Notes: generated by a model from the letters alone, not told the origin. 32,000 nt of DNA from Candidatus Saccharimonas aalborgensis (GCF_000392435.1 NC_021219.1:810001-842000); one strand, 5' to 3'. Counted from the stretch's first letter, positions 9,102 to 16,808 are shown. A program made the numbers and translations.

Positions 9102-9695
9102 ATGCTTATCCTGCCACGAAAACGTCCGCACTCTATTGCCCGTATTGTTTTGCTTTTGCTTATAGTGTGCCTTCTTCTCGGTGGTGGCTACCTCCTCCTG
9201 CTTGTTTCTGCGCCGGCCATTGCTCCACTTGCCATCAAGTCGATCGATACAAAAACCTTACCTACACCAAAAGTAGGCGATAACCGCATCATCATTCCAA
9301 AAATCGGTGTCAATATACCCTACGGAACAGACGGACTCAACTCGCTCAACCACGGAGCCTGGTGGCGCTATCCAGAGAGAGGCAACCCGATCGATGGCGG
9401 TAATTTCATCATCGCAGCCCACCGCTTCACACTAGAGGGCACCGTTGCCGGGACGATTGAAAAGTCGCCATTCTACAACCTTGGCAAACTCGTGCTGAAC
9501 GACCAAATCCTGATTGACTACAACGGCAAACGTTACACCTATTACGTTGATAAAATCTTTGATGTCAAACCGACACAAACGGAGATTGAGGCGCCGAGCA
9601 AAGATGCGAAACTCACCCTCTATACATGCAGCCTCGGCGGTTCAAGCGATGGCCGGCTTGTTTTGATAGCCAAGCAAGTGATGGCAGCAAACTAA
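9102..9695 (+). CDS. Sortase family protein, membrane-anchored
   Basis: N-terminal TM; catalytic His context 'IIAAHRF', Cys context 'LTLYTC', downstream Arg 'GRLVLIAKQ'. Confidence 0.88.
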   Translation: MLILPRKRPHSIARIVLLLLIVCLLLGGGYLLLLVSAPAIAPLAIKSIDTKTLPTPKVGDNRIIIPKIGVNIPYGTDGLNSLNHGAWWRYPERGNPIDGGNFIIAAHRFTLEGTVAGTIEKSPFYNLGKLVLNDQILIDYNGKRYTYYVDKIFDVKPTQTEIEAPSKDAKLTLYTCSLGGSSDGRLVLIAKQVMAAN

Positions 9696-9704
9696 CCTCC
9701 AGCA

Positions 9705-10739
9705 ATGAAGTCTCTCAGGCGTTCACTCCAGTCAACCGCCAAGCAGTCTTCTCTCCACGAGGCCTATCGACGAGCCGTCCGCAACAAATCGCAGCGCCCC
9801 GAGGTTGCACGGTTCTTGCCCCAAAAAGTTCTCTTGCTGCATCAAATAACAAGGAGTTTGCAAACACAGACATACGTGCCCTCGCCGTACTATGAGTTTA
9901 CGATTCATGATCCAAAAACCAGGCATATCCTAGCCCTTCCGATTCATGACCGTATCGTTCACCAGTGGGTCGTCGAGGAATTCATCAAACCCTACTATAT
10001 CCCGCGATTTATCGCCCATACCTACGCCTGCATTCCCGAACGTGGCACGCACCAGGCCGTTGCCACCGCTCAGCATTTTTTGCGTACGGCGCTCGCTCAC
10101 TTCACCTCGCCCTATATTATCAAGTTGGATATCGCCAGCTTCTTCTCGAATATCGACAAAGCGATTCTCTACCAACTGCTCGCAAAGAACATCCGCGATA
10201 GGGAGCTCCAAGCACTTCTTTTTACCATTCTTTTTCACAATACACCCACGCAGGGTATCCCCATCGGCAACTATACCTCACAGTATTTTGCTAATATCTA
10301 CCTCAATGAGCTTGACCAGTTCGTAAAGCGAGAGCTGAAAGTCAAATACTACGTGCGCTATATGGACGATTTCATTTGTTTTGTTGAGAGCAAAAATGAA
10401 GCGGGGCGCATTTACCAAGCAATCGAGTCATTCTTATACACCAAACTGCACCTCCCACTCAATCCTAAAAGTCGCTACTATCCGGCACGTCACGGACTGG
10501 ATTTTTGCGGTTACAAAATCCATCCGCATCACAGAAGGCTTCGTAATCGCAGTAAACGCAAGTTATGTGAAATCATCGATGAGTACGAAAGTGGAATGGA
10601 TTCACTAGAGCGTTTTGAGCTCCGCGTCAATTCTTGGCTTGGCCATGCAGCACATGTGAACGCCCACACTTACACGCGACGTAAGTTGGCTCGCTATCAG
10701 GAGCAGTTCCGATCCTTGCGCCAAAAAAACAGTCCCTGA
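9705..10739 (+). CDS. Diversity-generating retroelement reverse transcriptase
   Basis: RT domains: IKLDIASFFSNIDK, GIPIGNYTSQYFANIYLNELDQF (GxxxSQ motif characteristic of DGR RTs), VRYMDDFICF, LPLNPKSRYYPARHGLDFCGYKI. TR/VR pair nearby. Confidence 0.95.
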   Translation: MKSLRRSLQSTAKQSSLHEAYRRAVRNKSQRPEVARFLPQKVLLLHQITRSLQTQTYVPSPYYEFTIHDPKTRHILALPIHDRIVHQWVVEEFIKPYYIPRFIAHTYACIPERGTHQAVATAQHFLRTALAHFTSPYIIKLDIASFFSNIDKAILYQLLAKNIRDRELQALLFTILFHNTPTQGIPIGNYTSQYFANIYLNELDQFVKRELKVKYYVRYMDDFICFVESKNEAGRIYQAIESFLYTKLHLPLNPKSRYYPARHGLDFCGYKIHPHHRRLRNRSKRKLCEIIDEYESGMDSLERFELRVNSWLGHAAHVNAHTYTRRKLARYQEQFRSLRQKNSP

Positions 10740-10775
10740 GAGTCAGCGAAATCCGCCTACCAAAAAGGGACTGTC
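10723..10775 (-). terminator. Intrinsic terminator candidate for the minus-strand TR transcript
   Basis: Minus strand reads CAGTCCCT (10775-10768) ... AGGGACTG (10737-10730) followed by TTTTTTT (10729-10723). Confidence 0.65.
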
Positions 10776-10893
10776 GTATTGATATGTTTATTCTCCCGCT
10801 AAGTAAACGAGAGAAGAGGACGAGTCTCTGAGTGTTGCGTGCATGCCCTTCGCCTCCGTAGAGCGCTACTCAGGCACTTTAGTTTGCTACACG

Positions 10894-11079
10894 CTGGACA
10901 ACACGAAATCCGTTATCGTTGTTCGCCGACCCGTCGTTGGTATTCGCATAGAACAGACCAGCGTTCGAACCATTGTTCGCATTGCCGCCCCGGATAACCC
11001 AAGGGTTGTTCGGGTCGACCGAGTTCGAATTCTCGCCGAGCCACGACTGATTCCAGTCGGACACCGGCGAGGCGGAGGT
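10894..11079 (-). repeat. DGR template repeat (TR), 186 bp
   Basis: Gapless match to 12262-12447 with 23 mismatches, all at + strand T (template-sense A). Confidence 0.97.
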
Positions 11080-11167
11080 GTCACCGTGCGAGACAAGCCC
11101 TAGCATGATGAACATGCCGTCTACAGTATACTTCGGATACTAGCAAAGTGATAGAATAAGAAAAGAT

Positions 11168-11554
11168 ATGTCCAAAAAGTACGAAGTAGTTGTTAAAACA
11201 GACCTTATAGATTCGCCGCACGATCATGAGATGACGGCTGCGGTTATTTTGGCGCATCACTTCAAAACAAATGTTATATTCCTGCGCCCAGAACGAAAGA
11301 AGACGCCAGATATAGAGGCCAACGGTACAAAGTGGGAAGTCAAGAGTCCGAAAGGTGATGGCAGAAAGACGATAGACAACAACTTGCGAACAGCCCGTAA
11401 ACAGTCCCATAACATAGTCATAGATTTACGCCGAGCCAAACTCCACCAGAAGAAAGCGGAAGCACGGATCCGCTACTACCTCGCGTCTGGTCCGCATGAC
11501 ATCAAACGGCTCAAGATTATTACGAAAGCCCGAAAAATTATTGACATACTGTAA
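11168..11554 (+). CDS. PD-(D/E)XK-like nuclease, resembling CdiA C-terminal tRNA nuclease domain
   Basis: KTPDIEANGTKWEVKSPKGDGRKTIDNNLRTARKQSHNIVIDLRRAK: D...EVK catalytic-like motif and KQ..NIVIDL pattern. Confidence 0.55.
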   Translation: MSKKYEVVVKTDLIDSPHDHEMTAAVILAHHFKTNVIFLRPERKKTPDIEANGTKWEVKSPKGDGRKTIDNNLRTARKQSHNIVIDLRRAKLHQKKAEARIRYYLASGPHDIKRLKIITKARKIIDIL

Positions 11555-11619
11555 GTGTTTTGTTATTATGAAAGGTAGATAAGGCGCGCGCGTTACTGTA
11601 CTGTATCAACCGCGTCTTT

Positions 11620-12207
11620 TCATTTTGCTGCCTCTTTCTTCCCTAAACTCATCGCCCACCCTACCACCGCGTCATCAAGATTGGAGAGCTTGCCTGCCCA
11701 GGCTGTCAGGTTTTTGTCGGTGATATAGCGCTTGTTGTAGGCATATTCGACTAGCACGGCGATCATTTTGATGCGGATATCGGCTTTGCGGAGCAGTTGC
11801 TCGCGATTATGGTCACGGCTGTAGTAGCTGGCGGCCTCAAGGATCAGCTCAACCACATCTTCGGTGCGGCCACGGATGGCTTGCATCAGGCCGAGCTTTT
11901 CGTGTTTCGGAAATTTCTCAATCAAGGTGTAGGTATAGTTGAGTAGCAGCGTCGCCTGGTAGTAGGTTTGGTAGTGGACGGGCGGCATCTTGCGGGCACG
12001 CTGGCGCATTTTATTGACAGCTGATGGTTTCTTGGCTTTTGATGGAGTTGACGTAGGTGCTTTTTGGGCACTTTCTGCTATTTTAGCTATTTTTTCACGC
12101 TTTGGCGGCTTCGCCGCAGCGGATTTCGGCAGCTGGTCTGTGGGACCAGCTGCCACCTCGCCGAAAAGGCTCGCTTGCACACTTGAAGAAAGTGGTTTCT
12201 TAGGCAT
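11620..12207 (-). CDS. avd: Avd-like accessory variability determinant (four-helix bundle) with ~70-aa basic N-terminal extension
   Basis: YTLIEKFPKHEKLGLMQAIRGRTEDVVELILEAASYYSRDHNREQLLRKADIRIKMIAVLVEYAYNKRYITDKNLTAWAGKLSNLDDAVVGW is typical of four-helix-bundle/Avd proteins; lies between TR and target. Confidence 0.8.
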   Translation of the reverse strand: MPKKPLSSSVQASLFGEVAAGPTDQLPKSAAAKPPKREKIAKIAESAQKAPTSTPSKAKKPSAVNKMRQRARKMPPVHYQTYYQATLLLNYTYTLIEKFPKHEKLGLMQAIRGRTEDVVELILEAASYYSRDHNREQLLRKADIRIKMIAVLVEYAYNKRYITDKNLTAWAGKLSNLDDAVVGWAMSLGKKEAAK

Positions 12208-12237
12208 AGTGATGAAAAGAGTTAAAGAGATAAACGC

Positions 12238-12255
12238 TTTTAGCTGAAGCTAAAA
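12238..12255. promoter_or_regulatory. Hairpin/cruciform element next to VR 3' end
   Basis: ttttagc-tgaa-gctaaaa perfect inverted repeat, six nt beyond the VR end and overlapping the target stop codon. Confidence 0.6.
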
Positions 12256-14253
12256 CCGACTCTGGACAACACGAAAGCCGCTACCGCCGTACGCCGACCC
12301 GTCGTCGGTAACCGCAGAGAACAGACCAGCGTACGAACCACTGTCCGCAACGCCGCCCCGGAAAACCCAAGGGAGGTACGGGTCGACCGAGATCGAAATC
12401 TCGCCGAGCCACGACTGACCCCAGTCGGACACCGGCGAGGCGGAGGTCGTCTCAAAGAACGCTTGGCCGCCGCAGGTTGCCCAGGTACAATTCTGGTAGT
12501 TTCCGAAGTAGTCGCCAGCGGCAGCGTTGAAGGTAGTTGTGCTGTAGCCGTCAAAGTATTTGCTGGCTGGGAGCGTGGCAAAGCCGCTATTATCGCTATA
12601 GTTCGCAATATTGGTATCGTTGACGAGATGTGCCATGACATATTGCCAGTTACCACCGACCATGTCGTAGATGCCACTGGTGTTGCCGGTGGTGCTGGCT
12701 GTTTGGCCGATCGTAGTCTGGTACGCGCCGCTGTCATCAGTGCCAACCGCGCAGCTCTGCGTATAACTGGCGCTTGACGAACCACCACTCCAGCCAGTAC
12801 GACCGTTGTAGTCGTTCCAGTCAGCTGCGACACAGTTATTGATTGCTACAGGATTTGCTGCGCCTTGGCCGTAGACACTCGTCGTGAGATACGCCACCGC
12901 ACCCCAGTCGCTGTTGGTCATCATGCGGGAGTCGGTCGTGCCAGCGCTCATACCCTGGTAGGTTGCTTTAGTGCTGTCGGCGAAGCTCTGGGCGGTGGCG
13001 AACTGGTTCGAAACGGTCTGGTTGCTGAAGCCCCATTGGTTTGGCTTGATCGTGACGTCACCGCTCGTGACCGCTGCCGCCGAAGCGGTTTCGCTGGCAA
13101 CATTGGCCTCGCTGCTGGTACTGGTCTGGTATTTACCGACCCAGATACCGTTGAGCTGCGCCGTGCCAAAGGTAAAGGCAGGGTGTGTTGCCCAGCCGCC
13201 GATGGTCGTGCCGTTATACGAGGTAGTCTGGCTGGCGGTTTGGAACTTGATGTTGAAGTTGTACGGGCTGGCGGTCGAGAGCACGTCTGCACCGGTGCCG
13301 TCTTGGCATTGCCCGGCACTGAGTGTCAGTGAATCGCTCGCATTCGGGCGGCAAACTTGATATTGGTAACGCGGGATGTAGGTGTAGTAGCCAAGTACGT
13401 CACTTTCAGGGATGATGGTGCCAGCGGCAGCGTTTTGATAGGTGGTACGCACGCCAGCCTTGACCGCAACAGCATTCGCCCATTGCTTGGCCTGGTAGTT
13501 ATACCAATTGCCTTCGCTGTTGACGTCAGCCTTGCTCCACTGTGGGCTTGCCGTCGTACCGGTGTACGTGACGGGGATAAGGGCAGCATCCATGTCGACC
13601 TGGCAAGCACTTACTGGGTTGGCGTTTTCACAAACAGCAGGGTTAGCGGGGACAGGAGTTTCCGTCAGCGTGTAGGTCAACTTAAGATCGCTCGTGCCCG
13701 GGGTGGCGTTGGCGGTTGCGGCAACCGTGAGGGTGGTGTTGACTGCCGTGCTCGTTGCGGCGCTTGATGATTGCTTCACGGTGACGGGACTTGCAGCAAT
13801 AGGCGTATCCGAAGTGAGGTCACCGCCCTTCACTGTGGCGCTGACACCATTGGCGCTTTGGGCTTGGACGAGGGTCAAGGTGTAGCCAGCGGTCGAAGTA
13901 GTATTCAATGTTGCCGTGGTTGGAATGGTCGCCTGGCTGCCCTGGGCAACGGAAATAGCTTGGTTTTGTGGCGTCAAGGCGAGGGTGGCAGTGGCAGAAG
14001 CGGCGTGGGTCTGCGAGAAGATAAAAACACCCGTAAGACCAGCTAGTGCGATCAGTGAGAAGAAGCCACGGAATTTGGCGCGTGCCGTGCGGCCTTGTTT
14101 GAGGTAGATGAACGTCAGTGCAGCTGCAACCAGGAGGCAGAGAGCCCCAACACCGACAAAAAGAGGTAGGTTTTCACCGGTGTTAGCAAGTGTACCGCCA
14201 CTGTTTGCTGGCGCGGTCGTGACAGTAATCGTCTGGGTGATGGATTGGTTCAT
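12250..14253 (-). CDS. DGR target: secreted/surface protein with FGE-sulfatase/C-type-lectin-like C-terminal domain
   Basis: TM segments, low-complexity Ser/Thr/Ala stalk, 'SGIYDMVGGNWQYVM' and 'GFRVV' FGE/CLec-like motifs, C-terminal VR. Confidence 0.9.
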   Translation of the reverse strand: MNQSITQTITVTTAPANSGGTLANTGENLPLFVGVGALCLLVAAALTFIYLKQGRTARAKFRGFFSLIALAGLTGVFIFSQTHAASATATLALTPQNQAISVAQGSQATIPTTATLNTTSTAGYTLTLVQAQSANGVSATVKGGDLTSDTPIAASPVTVKQSSSAATSTAVNTTLTVAATANATPGTSDLKLTYTLTETPVPANPAVCENANPVSACQVDMDAALIPVTYTGTTASPQWSKADVNSEGNWYNYQAKQWANAVAVKAGVRTTYQNAAAGTIIPESDVLGYYTYIPRYQYQVCRPNASDSLTLSAGQCQDGTGADVLSTASPYNFNIKFQTASQTTSYNGTTIGGWATHPAFTFGTAQLNGIWVGKYQTSTSSEANVASETASAAAVTSGDVTIKPNQWGFSNQTVSNQFATAQSFADSTKATYQGMSAGTTDSRMMTNSDWGAVAYLTTSVYGQGAANPVAINNCVAADWNDYNGRTGWSGGSSSASYTQSCAVGTDDSGAYQTTIGQTASTTGNTSGIYDMVGGNWQYVMAHLVNDTNIANYSDNSGFATLPASKYFDGYSTTTFNAAAGDYFGNYQNCTWATCGGQAFFETTSASPVSDWGQSWLGEISISVDPYLPWVFRGGVADSGSYAGLFSAVTDDGSAYGGSGFRVVQSRF
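12262..12447 (-). repeat. DGR variable repeat (VR), 186 bp, C-terminal codons of target gene
   Basis: Gapless partner of TR; coding strand ends TTTCGTGTTGTCCAG, identical in both copies (IMH-like). Confidence 0.97.
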
Positions 14254-14293
14254 CGGGAGACTCCCTTCGCCACTACCTGCCCGCTGGGCGAGT

Positions 14294-14338
<45 letters not shown>

Positions 14339-14444
14339 GCTGCGAGTGTTTATATGTGAGTACGACATTCCACCAGGGTTCCTTTTGAGATTATTTGCTA
14401 TCTATTTCTCTTTTTGACAGTGGTGGATGCCTAAGATTTACTTC

Positions 14445-14474
14445 AGTTTAGCATGAGAGGAATGGGGGTGTCAA
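14445..14474 (-). promoter_or_regulatory. Promoter candidate of DGR target gene
   Basis: Minus strand TTGACA (14474-14469), 18-nt spacer ending TGC, TAAACT (14450-14445): perfect -35 plus extended -10. Confidence 0.65.
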
Positions 14475-14502
14475 GGAACTTTGGTTGAATCTGGCGCGGT
14501 TG

Positions 14503-15333
14503 CTACAGCTTTACTAAATCTATCTCTTGCTCCTCGTCTATCTTCTGCCATAACCTACTTGTAGTCGTGGCTTTTTCTAATTGCTCTCGTGTAATCGTCG
14601 CAAACACAATCTCGTCCCACATATCTTCCTCCTCAACTGCCCGCCGTATCTGCTTAGCCAGTTTTGTCTGTGTGCGCTCGTCTGGACAAATCGCCAAGAC
14701 AGTCGGCAGCTCCCCATGCCCATACGGCCAGTCACCATCTGTGGCGTAATGAATGTAATTGCGTATTTTACGCACGCTCACAAAGAACGGCTTGGTATCG
14801 TCCCATACATCAAGAAAGTAGCGTCGTGGACTACCGGTGCCACCGCTTCCTGTCTTCTTGCCTTTGAAGCTCAGAAACAAGTCTGGCTTCCATGTAGGAA
14901 AGTACTCGTATGGTGTGAGCTGGCTGCTCGCAAATGAACGGAGTTTGTCGTCATATATGGCTTGTAATGTCAGGACGGTATCAGCTACGTTGAGGCAGTG
15001 CGTGATGAACTCTGGCGATACGGTTTTGTTTTTGTAGAGAGCTTTTATAGCCCACTCGTTTGTACTATCTGCTGGTAACTGGCGTGCGCCTTTGGGCGTC
15101 AAAAAATACTCCGCTGGTCGTCCTGCGAGCTTGTATGACTTGTTGTAGTGCTTGCTAATAAAGCCGCGTTCTTCGAGTATCTGTAGCTTGTTCTGTATGG
15201 TCTTCTGGTTCGGTTTAAGTAGGTACTTAGCTATTTGTTTACTATTACTGAAACGTACTTTATACAGCCAGTCTAATACCGCTACTTGCTCTAGGTTTAA
15301 GGGTCTTCTATACTTCGGTTCTGCTACTGTCAT
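14503..15333 (-). CDS. Replication-relaxation family-like winged-helix protein (plasmid/ICE-associated)
   Basis: RPLNLEQVAVLDWLYKVRFSNSKQIAKYLLKPNQKTIQNKLQILEERGFISK...GRPAEYFLTPKGARQL; C-terminal 'WKPDLFLSF' region. Start chosen at MTVAEP. Confidence 0.6.
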   Translation of the reverse strand: MTVAEPKYRRPLNLEQVAVLDWLYKVRFSNSKQIAKYLLKPNQKTIQNKLQILEERGFISKHYNKSYKLAGRPAEYFLTPKGARQLPADSTNEWAIKALYKNKTVSPEFITHCLNVADTVLTLQAIYDDKLRSFASSQLTPYEYFPTWKPDLFLSFKGKKTGSGGTGSPRRYFLDVWDDTKPFFVSVRKIRNYIHYATDGDWPYGHGELPTVLAICPDERTQTKLAKQIRRAVEEEDMWDEIVFATITREQLEKATTTSRLWQKIDEEQEIDLVKL

Positions 15334-15440
15334 ACGCTTAGTCACTTTCTTCTTATATTTATATATAAAAAGAGAGGAAAAGAAAAGAAGTGAAAACAGA
15401 TAGAAAGAGTAGTTATAGGTTGGGTATCGATACCAAAGTT

Positions 15441-16385
15441 TTAAGAACGCCTGCAAATGAGGTTCCTGTACATCAGGCGCTTGCCGTCGATGTTATCAAA
15501 CCATACCTCAAAACGCTCGCCGTCAGTCAGTTCGCGCGTATTCCAGCGGAACGTATATTCATCACAGTATAGCTGCAAATGCTTGGCGCTTACATGGTGG
15601 TAAATACCATTGATACCGCGCTTTAGGTGCGACCAAAAGCCCTCTGCGGTGTTCGTACTAGCCATGCCGTTTACAAACTCTTTGACGCCGTGGTTGACGC
15701 TTTCGTGCTTGAAACCAATTTTAGGCAGGGTGCGATACGGCATGTGTTCGTCTGTGTAGATCGTAGCGTCAATAGCAATGTTCTTGCGCGCTAGGTTCAT
15801 GAGCGTAGCGCTACCTGTGTCTTTTGTTGCAATAACGCGTAGGCGGCCGCCACGTTCAACCATGCCGACGACAGGAGCTTTACTATTCTTGCTGCCGTGG
15901 CCTTGTGCGCCTTTGCCAGTAAGAGTCTTAAGTTTCTTGTTGTGGTGCTTGTATTTATCTGAGCCGCCTATATACGCCTCGTCCATTTCAACCTCACCAG
16001 TTAGCTTCTCGAAGCTGCCAGTTTCAAACACATGGCGTATACGTTGGAGCATAAACCAAGCAGTTTTTTGGGTGACGCCAATATACTTACTTAGCTGAAT
16101 AGAAGACACGCCCTTTTTGAGGCTCGTACATAGATAGATCGCCAAAAACCATTTACGGAGCGGTACAGGGCTTTCTTCAAAGATAATACCCATACGGACG
16201 GTAAATGGGTTACGGCAGCTAGCGCACTTCATGCGGCCGCTGGCGAGCTTATAATACTTGATACCTATTTCACCACATTTTGGGCAAGTAACGCCGTCTG
16301 ACCAGCGCTGCTCAAACAAGAACTTTTGACACTGTTCTTCTGTGGCAAATGAGTCGTAGAATTGGATGAGGTTGAATGCTTCCAT
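15441..16385 (-). CDS. IS1595/ISXO2-like transposase
   Basis: N-terminal zinc ribbon CPKCG...CASCRNPF, then GEVEMDEAYIGG..., VGMVERGG, YTDEH, HESVNHGVKEFVNGMASTNTAEGFWSHLKRGINGIYHHVSAKHLQLYCDEYTFRWN. Confidence 0.93.
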   Translation of the reverse strand: MEAFNLIQFYDSFATEEQCQKFLFEQRWSDGVTCPKCGEIGIKYYKLASGRMKCASCRNPFTVRMGIIFEESPVPLRKWFLAIYLCTSLKKGVSSIQLSKYIGVTQKTAWFMLQRIRHVFETGSFEKLTGEVEMDEAYIGGSDKYKHHNKKLKTLTGKGAQGHGSKNSKAPVVGMVERGGRLRVIATKDTGSATLMNLARKNIAIDATIYTDEHMPYRTLPKIGFKHESVNHGVKEFVNGMASTNTAEGFWSHLKRGINGIYHHVSAKHLQLYCDEYTFRWNTRELTDGERFEVWFDNIDGKRLMYRNLICRRS

Positions 16386-16391
16386 GCCTCT

Positions 16392-16420
16392 ATTGTATCA
16401 GGGGTAGTTGGTAACGTCAA
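16392..16420 (-). promoter_or_regulatory. Transposase promoter, predicted leaderless
   Basis: TTGACG (16420-16415), 17-nt spacer, TACAAT (16397-16392); ATG begins at 16385. Confidence 0.7.
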
Positions 16421-16499
16421 GTATATAATTACCATTACTTATGATATAAATATTGGTGTAAGGGTAGACCAAACGATTGAGTGAGGAGGTGAAATACAA

Positions 16500-16724
16500 G
16501 TGAGTCCACTTGTGGATCCGGCAGCGTTTACGTCGGCACATTCCAGGGGTGAGGCTATCCTCTTGATGGTCTTGGGGACGGTGCTCATCATCATGGGAGC
16601 GTTACTCGGCGTCGTTACGAGCCAGTGGTTCACCGGCGTCATGGCTGTGCTTCTGGGTGCACTCGGTGGCTGGACGGGAGTTGTCCTGAATCGCGAGATT
16701 ACCAAGGGGCGCCGGCGCGCCTGA
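16500..16724 (+). CDS. Small membrane hypothetical protein
   Basis: GTG start preceded by GAGGAGGTG SD; two hydrophobic segments (AILLMVLGTVLIIMGALLGVV; GVMAVLLGALGGWTGVVL). Confidence 0.55.
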   Translation: MSPLVDPAAFTSAHSRGEAILLMVLGTVLIIMGALLGVVTSQWFTGVMAVLLGALGGWTGVVLNREITKGRRRA

Positions 16725-16738
16725 TATTCTGCCCCCCC

Positions 16739-16765
16739 AAAAAAAAGCCCAGGGAACCTCCCTGG
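16739..16765 (-). terminator. Intrinsic terminator of der
   Basis: Minus strand CCAGGGA-GGT-TCCCTGG-GC-TTTTTTTT. Confidence 0.85.
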
Positions 16766-16808
16766 CCCCCCGTCCTTGTTGGCGGGGGTTCGTTCTATGG
16801 TGACAAGA

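Larger units (their letters stand above)
9102..14253. mobile_element. DGR cassette: sortase-RT operon, TR, nuclease ORF, avd-like gene, target with VR
   Basis: RT, Avd-like protein, and a TR/VR pair with adenine-restricted differences; see separate features. Confidence 0.95.
15441..16420 (-). mobile_element. IS1595-family insertion sequence (ends not resolved)
   Basis: Transposase identity; terminal inverted repeats not found by eye. Confidence 0.55.

Noticed and set aside
9705-10739. Group II intron or retron interpretation of the reverse transcriptase
   Set aside because: No maturase/endonuclease domain and no intron domain V-like structure. The SQ-type motif 4 and adenine-specific TR/VR pair identify it as a DGR RT.
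10887-11096. 69-aa ORF and antisense ORF 10843-11103 over the TR
   Set aside because: Shadow frames of the template repeat; no protein-like features beyond the duplicated sequence.
12240-12833. ORF track entry of 197 aa on the minus strand overlapping the target C-terminus
   Set aside because: Alternative frame of the DGR target gene; low-complexity Ser/Arg/Thr-rich translation. The 12250-14253 frame has recognisable motifs and matches the TR register.
14414-14442. Plus-strand TTGACA-17-TTTACT promoter-like sequence opposite the target promoter
   Set aside because: Would read away from the target into the convergent side of the replication-relaxation-like gene with no ORF to drive. Possibly antisense but weakly supported.
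15340-16500. Terminal inverted repeats of the IS1595-like element
   Set aside because: Partial similarities (GTAGTTATAGG... vs GTAGTTGGTAAC...) are in the same orientation and too weak; IS ends are left unresolved.
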